A DNA stretch of 64,000 nucleotides from Chara braunii (taxonomy: Eukaryota; Plantae; Charophyceae). The stretch is taken from contig BFEA01000013.1 of NCBI GenBank assembly GCA_003427395.1, positions 6,745,038 through 6,809,037 of the forward strand, in the 5' to 3' direction. The notes under the pieces are model-generated. The model was not told where the DNA came from, ran no database searches, and saw nothing but the letters and a program-made list of their open reading frames with translations. A program made the position numbers and the translations under genes. This document shows positions 21,512-34,890 of this stretch, in pieces. Position 1 is the first letter of the stretch, and each line of letters starts with the position of its first letter.

Positions 21512-23422
21512 TGTCGGGCGGCTGCCTACCAACTGAGGGATCTTCGTTAAAGAAAAGGAATGAGAAATTACCTTCCCTGTCTGTTTTTTTGCATGGTTTC
21601 GATATGTGGTTGCATATGCCTGAAGGGTTTCAAGGGGGGTTTGAGTTTGTTTGACCGATACTAAGCCTCCGACGACCAGAGGAGGCGACAAGGACAGCGG
21701 CCACAGGTGGGGTCGCACGAACTACAAAAATTGGCATTCTCAAGGCTTTAAGTAAGAGGAAGGGCGGATGCGGCAGGTCTTTGACTGGGGCCATCGAGAT
21801 CCTAGGATGGAGAGTTCGAGGAAAGGCACCGGACATTGGCTATGAGCTGCAGTGGGGTAGCAAGAGCCACGAACGGGGTGTGACTACGAGCAGAAGTTGG
21901 GTTGTCAGGGGCACANATGTCGGGCGGGAGATGGATCAACGATGCGGGGANGTGGAACATGCGAGGGCTTAAGGACGCTGGGTTACCAGCCTNTCGTATG
22001 GNTTGCCGATGAAAATCGTTCGACTGGCCTGCACGATNTTTGGGGTTGAAGGCGAGATCTTGTCCTCGCGCCCAAGAGAGATGCACGTGAACCTGGATAG
22101 AGCCTTGAAGACCGGACCTCTGGCGATACCGGGAAAACCACGACACGAGAGCACTGCCCCGCNCAACGATCAGGCCGAGGTGGCCGGAAANGAGTTGACC
22201 CACGGAACTGAAGGGAAAGCGGGAAAGAACCGGGGCNGTTAACGTATAGCTGCCAAGAATCTTTCTTGATAACTGTTTGAAGGTTGGGCCAGGCCACCTC
22301 GAGATCTGNGGGGGCAGATGGGTACTGACGAGGGTGAGGGAGACGAACCGGCTAACTGCATATGAGCTGGATGGAGGTGAAGGGAGGGAGTGTGTTTGCC
22401 GAATACAATCAAGATTCAGTGTTGCTCAAAAAACAAAGAGGATGCGAACGGGAGGAGTGCGCTACGATCGCAAATCGTTCGGGACGAAGGGGCTGGAGTG
22501 CGTGCCGCGACGAGAATCTATCAGGGCAAGGGGCCTTGCCAGGTACGCGGCCCCACGCGGCCAACAAAAATGTGGGGGAACCGGACGAAAGAAAGAAGGG
22601 ATGCTGAGAGGGAGAAAAGGCGGGGGTTTCGTCTACTGAAACGAGAAAGAGAGCGGGAACGCGAGTGAGGGCGTGGCTACGAAAAGAGGGAACGCACGAA
22701 CAGATTCGCAAATGAGCGGGAGATGAAAAAATTGTTAAGACAAGCCGCGGGACGTCGGAAGGGAATTGAGAGCGAGAAGGGTGCAAAGTGATTGGAGAAG
22801 AAGGAGGGAGGGAGGATTGATCAGGGAAGGTTGGGAGGAAAACGGAGAGTAAAAAAAGAGGAAGGGTCCCTTTCTTGGAGAGGGAGAGGAGGAAGGAGCA
22901 TANNNNNNNNNNNNNNNNNNNNNNNNNNNNNNNNNNNNNNNNNNNNNNNNNNNNNNNNNNNNNNNNNNNNNNNNNNNNNNNNNNNNNNNNNNNNNNNNNN
23001 NNNNNNNNNNNNNNNNNNNNNNNNNNNNNNNNNNNNNNNNNNNNNNNNNNNNNNNNNNNNNNNNNNNNNNNNNNNNNNNNNNNNNNNNNNNNNNNNNNNN
23101 NNNNNNNNNNNNNNNNNNNNNNNNNNNNNNNNNNNNNNNNNNNNNNNNNNNNNNNNNNNNNNNNNNNNNNNNNNNNNNNNNNNNNNNNNNNNNNNNNNNN
23201 NNNNNNNNNNNNNNNNNNNNNNNNNNNNNNNNNNNNNNNNNNNNNNNNNNNNNNNNNNNNNNNNNNNNNNNNNNNNNNNNNNNNNNNNNNNNNNNNNNNN
23301 NNNNNNNNNNNNNNNNNNNNNNNNNNNNNNNNNNNNNNNNNNNNNNNNNNNNNNNNNNNNNNNNNNNNNNNNNNNNNNNNNNNNNNNNNNNNNNNNNNNN
23401 NNNNNNNNNNNNNNNNNNNNNN

Positions 23423-23463
<41 letters not shown>

Positions 23464-23513
23464 CGACGACGAGGGGGCTACCATTGTCGGTGAGAGAGAG
23501 AGAGAGAAAGGGA
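21512..23513 (+). repeat. First ~2 kb of the element A 5' LTR, inverted (contains an N gap)
   Basis: Starts TGTCGGGCGGCTGCC; 21512-22433 is the reverse complement of 1-922. Confidence 0.85.
22903..23422. other. Assembly gap (520 N)
   Basis: Run of N. Confidence 1.
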
Positions 23514-23807
23514 GACGTTGTTATCGATTCGGGAGCCGCGGTACTGGCTATTTCATTGAGAGTCGTTGAACGAGCAGGAAGAGGAAGGATCTGATCACCT
23601 TGATGGAAAGAGATCATCTCGTCTCAGTGGACGAAGAGAAAATCAAAGGGGTTGGAAAAATGACAAACGTCGCATTTCGATTAGGAAAAGTTCACGCACT
23701 AGGAGACGTTATAGTACTGGATTTGAACACATATGATGTCCTTCTGGGATTACCATCCCTCACAGCCATGCAGGCGAACCTGGATTTCGAGAGGCGATCC
23801 GTCATCC
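23514..23807 (+). pseudogene. Inverted B2 protease fragment
   Basis: VVIDSGAAVLAISLRVVERAGR active site; 23652-23807 duplicates 17222-17377 almost exactly. Confidence 0.9.
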
Positions 23808-25485
23808 GCAAAAAATGATCATTTTTTTGGAGTATCCCCAACCGTATTGGGTCCGAAGCACTAGGAACGTCCGACCCGTCTTCGAGGGCCGGGGCTTTTC
23901 TTTTCTGAGCTGCCGATTTGGCGAGAGCAAATCATTTTTTGTTTGCTTTACAATGTTGTAGCATGAGCTCATTGGCTTGCTCTGATATGGACAACAGATG
24001 TCCAATAGGCAAAGGAATTCGGTGATCGAGAGCTCGGACGATGTCCAATACGTCGATCTCTCCACTAACAAAGGTGGGACCGCCCGACTCCATTTCTCTT
24101 GGAGAAGGTCTCCACTCGACCATCTCACGCTGTTCATTGGTGGGTCGGATGGTTCCGATCATTCCCAATCCTGGGTAACCCAATGCCACGTATTGGTCGA
24201 GTGGGATAAGTTCCACAACTTCTTAAGTGGTGGCTACCGCACTCCCTGCTCCTTCCATTTCTTCAATCATCGTGCCCACCCTCCCTAATCCGTTGGCAAC
24301 AGCCTCGTGCCACAGACGCAGCGGCCACAGGGGCGGGTCCAACTCGAGCTTGTGTAGGTCGGAGCAGACAGTCTCGGGCTATGGGGCCCGGCTGGTGACA
24401 CGTGTAACAAACACTCATATTTGTTGCTGCTCCGCCCATAGCCTGGGTGGGGGCGATACCTGACGCCCCTGGTGCGGCTCTGACGACAATGGGGCGCATC
24501 AACCGCATTAACGATTCTATCCGGGCATTGTGCTCACGTCGTTCCTTCTTACTTTCCTGCATCAAGTTGACTAACGTTCGGGTTAGTTCCGGTATGGCAC
24601 TTGATTCGTTCAGCCTTGCCGGGGGGTCCGGGGAAGTAGCGGAGGCGGTCATAGCCTGCGCAGGCAATCCCGTAACTGCATCCAGTACTGTTTTTTTGGC
24701 TGCAATTTGTTCGAGATAAGTGACAGGGCCAGAGACGAAGCCCATGTTTCCAAATTTGTTTTCAAGCGCTGCTAGCTCGGCCTTCGCTCTGGCCAGTCCC
24801 AAGGAATCCCCTTCCCTTAGGTAATCCTCTCCTTCTAGGAAACTGGCGGCAAATTTTCGTTCCATTCTGCCGCGGTCATGATCTGTTGCAGGGTATGATT
24901 GATCGGGGAGAACTGCTTTCGCAGTTTCACCCTCATTGTCCGGCTACGGGGCCCGTCAATGAACAGATCTCTCCCGACTTCTTCCCCTCTAAGTATTTTG
25001 ACGAACATCCTATAAAACCTTTTACGAGATTAAGTAATGGACTCGAGTGGTTTCTGAACCCGATCTTTGATCATAAAAAGGGCCTGCTCCCGGTGGATAT
25101 AGTCGAATCGGTTTAAAAAGTCTCGTTCGAAGGTAGGGAGATCCACCCAAACGTAAGTGTTGAACTAGTGGTGCTCATCTCCTCCTAGCCTGGTGGGGAT
25201 ATTGATGCGAGCCTCATCATTGTCGTACTGCTGCGCACGGAGTGTGGCCAGCCATGCCCCGGCTAGGTGATGTGCGAGGTAAAAAACATACAAATTAGGT
25301 GGAGCCACTGATGCGCGAGCTCGGATTGGTGGCGTGGGAATACATACCCCACCTAGCTTCACATTAGCGTTTTGCGCTGCATTGGCGTTCATGTTGGCGG
25401 CCCGCCGACCCGCCGACCTACTCCGGGTCAATATCGGGTCGCGTCTAGGCACGTTTCTTTGCCTAGGTCGCCCTCGGTTCGCCAG
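23804..25485 (-). pseudogene. gag: Element B2 gag (disrupted)
   Basis: Homologous to B1 gag: RRDPILTRSRS, HHLAGAWL, SFLEGEDY, decayed knuckle CYTCHQPGPIARDC, ELIPLDQYV; start codon decayed to CTG. Confidence 0.9.
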
Positions 25486-27205
25486 ATCGCTTGACTAGGG
25501 GGCCTATCCGCCTGTCACCCCGCGAGCTTGCCAGGTGTCGGCTACGATACCAACCTCACGCCTAGCGCAACTTCCTGATCGGAGTGGGATGGGGGCCCGA
25601 AAGTGTGAAAAAGGGGTGTGCCAAGGATTTTAGGATAGTGGGGTTGGAGTTCCAGGTCAGAACTGAAATCTCCTGTGGCAAACTTTAGGGGCAATTATGC
25701 AAGATAGTAAGCGTGAACCGCGTCCGGCGTTTATGCCTTGGGGGATGTCATCGCCATCCCCGCGAGTTTCGTTGCTGAGGCCGGACTCGGATTTGGTGAA
25801 CCGGTGGAACGCTATGTGTGTCGTGTTGCCTAACTAATCGCCAGCGTCGCTCGTGATAAGCCTCCGAGTCCGTCGAAGCGGGCCTTAGGCGCAGGCTGTG
25901 TGCTCACTGTTCGGCCTCAGTCCGGGTTCGTCGGACGAACCCCGCTGCTCGGTACTCACTGTCCTGCTGGCACTCGGAGCACGGGGTTCGAGGCCAGTAG
26001 GGGGCAAGTGCGTGCCACGAGGCCGCCGTCAGGCAGTGAAAAGGCAACACGAGGCAGTAGGAAGCGAAGTCTATCTCAATGATGATGACACTGGGTTCGG
26101 CGATGACGTGGCTCACGTGTGAGTTGGGGAATTGGGAGGGAAAAGGGATCGCGCTTTGGGCCCGTTCGATGTCCCACTCCCACTCACCAGGTTCGGCGAT
26201 GACGTGAGCGGGTCAGGAACATACATTAGGGAGGCGATCCGCTCACACAATTGAATCAACCTTCCATTAACCCCCTTCCCCCCCCCCCAAAGCCTACACC
26301 AACCGTGTTCGTTAGAAAACTGGCATGCACACTCAGGTATCGATCGATCTCATTTATCAATCAAACTCGAGGGCTGTGTGGATCTCCGAAAAAGCAGAGC
26401 AGGGGATTGACCAGGGGTTGCGCATCAGGCCACGTCACCGAGGAAGCTTACACCATCATAACCCATGTCCCCGAGGTCTCGCGCAGACAGTCGTCGTGCC
26501 CGATCTCATCATACCGCAATGAAACAAGGGTGAGGGAGAAAATCAAACCATTCACAGGAAGGACACAGACCAGGGGTAGTTCCGAACAGAAAGAGGACCC
26601 AAAAATTACAGTTACATATAGGATTAAGGGCGCGATACAGTCACAACCCAGTTCCCACTGCAGTGAGAGGTGCGTGATCAAGAAGCGCGGGGCAACAAAA
26701 TTCCAGAGCACCTAAATTCCTAGTCTAAATCCTATTTGCAAAAAGAAATTCTGAAAAGCTTAAAAAAAAGTTTTTTCAAGAACTCATCATCCGTTGTAAA
26801 TTTGAAAATGACATTCTCGCGCGCTAATCGTGCCAAAATTCTCATCTCCCACAGCAGAACAAGAAAGAAGTTATAACAACCGTTATTTATCGCGCTCACT
26901 AAGGCGCGATCACTCAATCGTCGTCGCGGGACTTTCCCGACTCTTGGTCCCGACAACAAAGAAAGAAAGAAGCGAGGGTATCCATGCAACTTGTCCGACC
27001 GAACCCCTATCTTCCACCTGACCAACCAGTTTCCAACCCCCGAAGCCGCTTCGCGCAGAAAGTCGTGCAATTGCAGAAAGTGGTTAGTGACATAGCTCCC
27101 AAATTCATCCAACTAGAAACGTTTCTACTTTATTTTTCTCTGCGGCCGATAGTTGGGCCAAGTACTGGTGGTTTAATCATCGTGGTCGAGTTAGGGCCCC
27201 TTACA

Positions 27206-27637
27206 ATATAAGGATTCGTAAGTAGTGTGGAACGAGGCCCAAAGGCCTTTGATGTGGCCAAGCTGGTTCCAGACTCTAGCAAGTTTTTGGTTTGTTCTGT
27301 TTTGCAGGCCTTGTGCCCTCACATTCTTCCAGGGTTGTGGAGAGTCAGAGCAACGATCTTGTTTTGGCCAAAGCTGGGTAATGGTCCCAACATCTTTTCC
27401 CAGTTTTTTTGTTGAGGAATTCCCGGCCTCTATCTTGTGTGGTTAGCAGCCTCGGACCACCGACGTCCTTGTTATGGAACCAGTTTCCACATGTCGTTTT
27501 TTGGGTATAGACGCAAGTTGGGCGATGGGTACAGCGGGAATTCCCATCATTCAATGCGGTAAAAACACAACCGGACTAGTGCCCCCCAGAATAGATTGGG
27601 GCAGTGTGTGTATGTGGAAAAAACAAACAAACAAACA
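27206..27637 (+). mobile_element. Probable 3' end of a truncated LINE
   Basis: 27328-27400 resembles the LINE 3' UTR at 35321-35430 (CCAxGGTTGTGGA...TTTGGCC...TGGGTAATG); ends in an A-rich AAAAAAC(AAAC)n tail. Confidence 0.4.
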
Positions 27638-27691
27638 TAATTTCTATGGCCACGCACCGATGCCCCCAGGTCACTCAAGAGGCAATTCATT

Positions 27692-28090
27692 GGGCCTCGT
27701 TCGACACCACTTGAACTCAAGGGTTGAAGGAAAATTCTTTGTTCCACCCCACACTAAGGTCCACGGGGGGTTGTTTCTACTTTCCAGCTCTCAAGTGTCC
27801 GCCCTCGAAACTGGGCAAAATCGCACTTGAACTCAGATACTTCTCTAGGGAGCCTTGAGTTCAAGTGCCATAGGATACCCCCAACACTCCAAGTGGGGCT
27901 TTTTGTTTCTCTTTTTTTCCAACAGGCCATCCTGGTCCAGGATTGGATAAGACGTGGAGTTCGGTTTCAAGTGCAGCCTGTCCAAGGAATTCCTTAAGTG
28001 TGCATGGAACCATAGATCGAGTAAGTGTAAATTGATCGTTGAGTGTGCACTTGAAACTCAAGTATTTTCAAGTGGTGTTGAACGAGGTCC
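27692..28090. mobile_element. 399-bp MITE, PIF/Harbinger (Tourist)-like
   Basis: 24-bp TIRs GGGCCTCGTTCGACACCACTTGAA / TTCAAGTGGTGTTGAACGAGGTCC (2 mismatches); 3-bp TSD ATT on both sides. Confidence 0.85.
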
Positions 28091-28532
28091 ATTGTCAGCT
28101 GAATCGAAGAAATGGCATCTGACCCTTCCCAATTTCCCTGAAGGGGGGTTCTACCGGAACGCTTCCGCCGGCGCTAATGCGCTCGGACCAAGCATTGTCC
28201 ACGCCGGTAACGGCAGAGTGGCTGACAGGGAGGCGTATCAACGCGATACGCCACTATAGGGTTTTGGGTGCCGTCACCTACCATTGTTTAGGTCATAGCA
28301 CTACTGAGCTATGGAGGCAACCCGAGCAGCCACCCGGATCGACCCATGTTTACTATGTTTACGAAGATGGATGAGTCGATAAGTGTTGTGAGTAACCGTC
28401 GAAGTAGCTCTAGAAGGGGTACATTTGTAAGTTTCCACGGTCAATAAGGACACTTTCTCTCAACTTCTCCCCTATCCTTATCCTCTCCCCTCCTACTACG
28501 CGAAGAATTTTTCTCATATTGCGACGGTAAAG

Positions 28533-30540
28533 ATGGAAGAAGAGAATGTCGATAGAGGTGCAAGATCCCCCCCTCCAGGTCCTGAGCTTACTGGGGAAGA
28601 CAATGATCGTCTAAAGGAATTAGTAAGGTTGTATTATATCGAGGGCATTACGCCAATCGATATAGACCATGGGTAATGACAGTGGAGGGCGGAGAGGTTC
28701 GGTTCAAAGTCAATGTGGCGCTTGATCAAGCCAAAATCAATTGGCTGAAAGAGCACACAGTGACTTTCATCTTCAGAGGAAGTGCGAGGCTCCTCCCAAG
28801 AAATGTCAAGGATGATATAGTACGGGCCTATAAAGACAAGAAGATGGCAGAAGGAAGCTTCGATGCACAGACGTTTCATAGAGGAAGAGTTAAGGTAGAG
28901 TCGCCCAACGTTGTATCGTACGTAGCGAAATCACCGAAAATTGCCAGATGGTTGGTTGCGAAAGGCCATGATGAATTCGCAATTGGCAATACTTCGTACA
29001 TCTTTGACTTTAAACCATGGCTGACCAAAGCACAATTGAGGCAGCAGAGAGTGTACGAGGATGAACAACAATTCTGGGTGATTGTCGTTCAAGTCCCGTT
29101 GGATGCCTTTCTTTTCCTTGAAGCGCAAGTTCGACGCGCAATCGGACCAGTCCTGCGAACGTATCCTCCACAACAAGACCGAATGAAACCTGCTTTAGTC
29201 AACATCAAATTCGACCTGGATCTTGCATCAAGAGTCAATCTGAAGGACAAAATTTGCATCGACACCTCAGAGGGAGACTCACTTGCAGTCAAACTTGCTT
29301 CCTCTTCGACATCACACTGTAGAAGATGCAGAGCTTTCTTCCATACAGAGACCGAATGCAGAAGGAATCCAAGACAGCAGAACCAAGAGCCAACCACAAG
29401 TTCAACAAACAATCAAGCACAAAGCGGAATCCAACAACGCGGGACTAATCAAGAATACCCAGGCCCATTGGGCCCGGCGGCTCAAGCTACTCCAAGCATT
29501 AGTGTAGCAGCATCTCAAGCAGGTACCTCTCAAGTACCAATTACAGCAGGGTACATGCAACACATGAACTCTATCTTTTCTCCGAACTTGCCGACAGTTC
29601 CTAGTTTATTGCAGATGCCCGGAATGTTTCCGCAAGGAAATATCCCGTGGAGTACATCGTCAGCTTTTCCATGGACCATGCAATAACTGTGGAATGCCAG
29701 GCACAACCCAACCGTCGGCCTTTTCTCCTTATCAGGGTACTCCGGCTATGGGAGTAGCCTTCACAACACATGTGGAGGTGGTACCTACCACGTCCGCCCA
29801 GGCTGCAGCGTCAGTTGGTACAGTCCCAGCAGTGAGTACAACCGTGACTAGGACAACTGATTTACCCAGCCCAACACATACCAGAGCAGAATCAAGCATG
29901 CCGCGGGGGACAACAGGAAAACAAAGGAGATTATCCTTTGAAGGAAGTTTTGCGACAGGTGGTAATATCATTGGTGAATCGTCAGAAACTTCGTCACAAG
30001 GCTCCGATGGCAACACAGTGATTGACATACCTGGGACTAAGACATCAAGGCGAAGGCAACCTATAGCTTTGGTGAAAGCACAGCTGTAGAACTTGGACTG
30101 TAAGATTTTGCCATTTTTCTGCGTAGCTGCTCGTAATGCCTATTGGACGATTGGATTCCTGGGGCCTGACGACCATCTTGCTATGGTAAGTCTTTCGTCC
30201 CCAGACTCGCCTATGCCGACGACAATAGGTACAATCGTAAGATTCACTATCCAAAACAAGTTTGCCTTCCGATTAATTATTGAAATCCTCATGGTACATA
30301 TCTTCGTGGACCATCCTGATGAACAAGGACGAAAGATAATTTTTTTTATCCCTCTGTTGGATGTCCGATTCCATGTTGGTCAACTCAAACATCTTGAGCA
30401 GGAAGGGCTACGCCTTCTCCCGTTGGGATGGTTCGCTGACAAAAGGAAACAGGATTCTAGACGAATTCGTATCCCTCCTCTGTAGACAGCGGAATGCTTG
30501 ACGGAATTGGAAGAATGACTACCAAAGAATAAGAAACTTC
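28533..30540 (+). pseudogene. LINE ORF1
   Basis: FDFKPW, FWVIVVQVPL, CRRCRAFFHTETEC (CX2CX4HX4C); Q/S/T/P-rich linker and further C-terminal region; several stops. Confidence 0.8.
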
Positions 30541-30640
30541 TCTCACCATTCTTACAGTCTTATTTATGTGCTGCGTGGACGTCGGATGAAACCCCCCCTT
30601 CCCCCGGAATCCAACAGGCGACGGGCACTGATAGGATTAT

Positions 30641-33600
30641 ATGAACAAAGTCATATTTCTCAGCTGAAATCTTCGGGGAATATGTGATATCTCGAAGAAA
30701 TTCAAGAAGGATAGGGTAAAATCTTGGATACACTCGGAGAAAATTCAGATCGCATGTCTTCAGGAAACAAAGTTAAATGAAGAAAGGATTAATTCGATCG
30801 GAAATTGGTGGGATGGTCCACAAATTTGGTCCCCCACATAGGCAGGGTAGGGATCTTAATCCGTCGTAACCTGAATGCCGAAATTGTGGATTACTACGCT
30901 GACCTGTGGGGCCGGTGGGCGTGGGTTAAAATACTAATTGAAGACCAATATTGGGTGGTGGCCACTGTGTATGCACCCACTGACTCAAGATTGCTTGTTC
31001 GTTTTTTTAAGATTTGAAATATATTATTCCTGATAGTGATAACTTGATTATATATGGTGATTGGAATGTTTCCCTAGATGTGTCGAATTCTACCCAAGCT
31101 TCAGACTGCCCTCGAGACAAGTTGGTGCTGACAAATATAATGAACTCCCTGAAATTGATTGACCCCTTCCGCTTAACTCACCCCGATAGTGATGGTTTTA
31201 CATGGTTCTCGAATTTGAAAGAAAATGTCGGGATTGTAAGCAGAAGGTTAAATTATTTCTTAACGTCTTCAAATCTTTGGAGTCCGATAGGTGAAAGTTT
31301 CGTAAAACGTCTGTGCATTTAGACCCAACATCAGATCATAAGCCAATAACGATGACCTTGGTGACGTCTCCGTTAACAAGAGGCAAAGGGATGTTTCGCC
31401 TCAACACCCTGAACTTGCAGGAGGAAGGCCTCTGTAAATGGATAGAAACTTATTAGTCCAGCTGGAAGGATACCCGTCAGATGTATGCATCAACCTTTGA
31501 ATGGTAGGAAGTAGGGTCACGTATTTTCTCAAACTTACTGTCTGTCTTCTCAAAAATAATGGCTGCAAACCGAAAAAATCAAGAAACAGCTCTGAAGCGA
31601 AAAATTGAATATGCGGAACTTAGAATCACCCAACACCCTGTTTCTAATTTAGTGTGGGAAAAATAAAAGATAAAACTAATGACTGAATGAGACAATCTAC
31701 AGAAGAAGAATTCAGAAGTGTAGTCGGAAAGACTTCAGATTAAAGGAATAATTGTCTACAATAGAATGACGAAGGAGTCCTTTCAGAGATTACTCCCTCG
31801 CTGTTCGACAATCCCAGTGAGAGAACTTGATCATCCGTTTGATAATTTGGCACCTAAAGCCAAAACTACTAGGGACCTCTGCAGCTATGCGTCCTTATAT
31901 TACCACGATATTCTAACATCTAGACTGCAGGGAGCAAACGTTGTAGACAATCTAGACCAAGATAATCCCCAGTGGGTTAACACAGAGGTCAGACTATCAA
32001 ATGCTGGTAAACTTGACTTGGACCGGCCTATCACGATGGAGGAAGTCTATTCTGCACTAAGAACAATGTCAAAAGGTAAGTCCCTTGGAGACGACGACCT
32101 CCCTATGGAACTCTATCTAACTATCTGGGACTCGGTGGGAGAAAGCCTTGTAGAAACATATAATGATATTCTGACCGGAGGAAAGCTCTCTGCCAGCATG
32201 CGCAGAGGCATCATTTTTATCCTCGTTAAGAAAGGCGAGAGGTCTGAAATTCATAATTGGAGACCCATTTCGGTATTAAACGTTTTCTATAAACTCCTCT
32301 CCAAAGTGCTTGCAAGAAGATTGGAAAAATATTTACCAAGTCTAGTACATCCTGATCAGGCTGCGTTTATCCAAGGAAGATCGATATTTACCAACATAGT
32401 AACGGCAGTAGAAACCTTGGAAATCATTCATAATGAAGACCTCAACTTCGCTGTACTCCTCTTAGATCTTGAAAAAGCGTATGATCGTGTCAACTGGTCA
32501 TTTGTCATGACCACACTAAAGGTAATGAGATTTGGCCAGGTGTTCTGCACCTGGGTTAGGGCTATGTACCCCACGGCGACAACAACTGTAATAGTTAACG
32601 GATATCTGTCCAGAGAATTCTCACTCACACGGTCACAAAGACAAGGTTGTCCATTAGCCCACATTCATTTTGCTATTCAGATGGAAGGGCTGCTGAACAA
32701 TATACGTGCGAACACACAGATCAGGGGCTTCCCAGTGGGCTCTAATCATTATAAGACTAAAGCGCTAGCTGATGATCTGTTTGTCGTAACGAAAAATACA
32801 CCACAGTCCCTGGGAGCCTTGAAAAGTTGCCTAGAGGACTACTCAGAGCTCTCAAACGCAGCAGTGAGCTGGCATAAATCGGTGTTTTTTCTGGCAGTGT
32901 CATTTGCAATGTCAGTCCAATGGGGCATGCGTAGGATAAGTGAGGACCAATCTGAGCGATTTCTTGGAATCCAAATCTCCCTGCTGTCATGCACAGGAGA
33001 CCAAGACAACCTGCTATTACAGAAACTGCTTCATAAAGTAACCACGTGGGGAAACGCACCTCACCTGTCATTATTCGGTAGGAGTATGGTTATTAACGAT
33101 GCCCTGTTCTCATTGCTGTGGTTTGTGGGCATGGTGAGAGGATTTGGAAAACAGTTACTTAACTTAGTAAAGGGTCGGACAACAAAATTCATGTGGAAAC
33201 CCCATGCAGGAGACAAAGATTATTTTTTATCTAAAGTGGCTTGGGAAATGCTGTGTTTGCCCCGAGAACAGGGAGGTCTGGGAATTCTGGATCCTAAGAA
33301 GCAAAACAATGCTATGTTAGTCAACTGGCTAATAAAGGCTATATCAGAATACCCAGAACCCCAATGGGTTATATTAGCTGAGCATGTCCTGTCACAAGAA
33401 TGGAATCTAGCACGACAGTCAGATGTTTGAACCTGCTTAATGATGTACTCATACCAACGCAGATTTGTTAAGTTCCCATTTTGGAAATCAATTATAACAG
33501 CATGGAAAGTCCTACGGTCGGATGCCTGGATAGAACCTGTGACAAAGTCAGAGGTCCTGTGCCAACCTCTTTTTGAAAATCTCTACATCAGAACAAGTTT

Positions 33601-34890
33601 TGGTGACTGGTTCAAAGCGGACACAACAACAGGAAGTTTCGGTCGAAAATGGATTGAAAAAGGTATCGTTCGAATTGGGGATCTATGGGATGAAACAACA
33701 GGTCTGTGGGTAGATGATCAAGAATTGCGAGGGGGTTTGGGCCAAATTCGCAATATGGAAGAAAAAAAACTTTCTCTTATTAATACGATTTCCCAGAATT
33801 GGAAGGATTTGCTGGACTTCACTACCACCAACCCCCCGAGGACGTGGTATATGGCGAACCAGCCTCAAAAAGTACATCAGATATGGAAACTGACATACAC
33901 CCGAATGAAAAACGCATTTTCCAGGGGTGGTCAATTGTGGATAACTACCTGCAATCGAACAGTACACTTCAAGAGACACAAGAAGAATCGGTATCTGAGA
34001 TCCAATCAACGATTGGCACAACGTTCACGCAAATCCGGGTCATTGAATCAGTGGCAAGCGACGACTCTGTTACAACAGCCTTATTTGCTAATGGGGAGCC
34101 CCTCAGACGGTTAAAGTTGGATTCAACAAAGTGGGAGTGGCGAGCAATGAACTATGGAGGTGAAAGCCTATGCTTATATTACACACAGAAGATAGGGTAC
34201 CAATTGTCGGCCCCCTCTCGAGACCCTCTGATAACACCAAGGTCTAAGTGGCAATCTCTATTGACGACCGAACCAGAGAGAATAAACTCCGACCTCAAGA
34301 AATGTTGGAAACAGCTGAAAAATATACCAAACCAAAGACAAGCAGCCATACTGTGGCTACTGTCAATGGTTGCCACCCCATCAGCCGTATGGCTAGTAGA
34401 GCATGGAATGAAGATTAAGATGGCATGTCAGCGATGCCAATGGGCATTCGAGTCAACAGTACATCTGTGGTGGGACTGCCTAACATCGACACAAATCAAG
34501 AAGTGGTGGACCAGTAAGTGGAGTCAACTATCAGATGCAGTTGTACCATGGGATAAGATCTGGACCTTGCTAGGGGGAGTACCAGACGGAATACCATTGA
34601 TAGAAGGTTGGGGCTATGTGGCCCAAGTCTCAAGGGCAGTAATCTGTGCAACGATATGGCAAAGCAGGAATGACCGAGTGTTTAAAGATGAAGACTGGAC
34701 AAACCAACAAATACGAGCTACAATTTAACAAGGCATCAGACAGGCAGTGTTAGCAGACTGGAGAAGAAAGGTAACGAAGGCAGACAGGACAACAAGAGGG
34801 ATCGTTTGGTTCAAGAAGACATGGTGCTGCAATGGCACTTTGCCTCCATCTCAGAGGAAGGCAAGTTGGTACTGAAGGAGTGGCTATATG
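30641..34890 (+). pseudogene. LINE ORF2 (endonuclease-RT-zinc finger)
   Basis: S*NLRG, CLQETKL, YGDWN, RRLNYFL, SDHKPI; RT WRPISVLN, LDLEKAYDRV, RQGCPL, LADD; CQRC...ESTVHLWWDC. Confidence 0.93.

Noticed and set aside
1-22433. Giant TIR element (Polinton/Mutator-like) suggested by the ~0.9 kb inverted repeats at 1-922 and 21512-22433
   Set aside because: The repeats start with LTR-type TG ends facing the interior, one abuts the PPT position of a gypsy pol, and an inversion explains the orientation; no transposase or DNA polymerase is present
22409-23617. Long ORFs spanning N gaps or simple repeats (also 41504-42716, 50239-51000, 52994-53450, 63293-63926)
   Set aside because: Artefacts of N runs, microsatellites and adapter sequence
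26250-27205. 5' LTR of B2 starting TGTAAGGGG at 27205 on minus
   Set aside because: No second copy, PBS or clear 3' end is in the window, so boundaries cannot be supported
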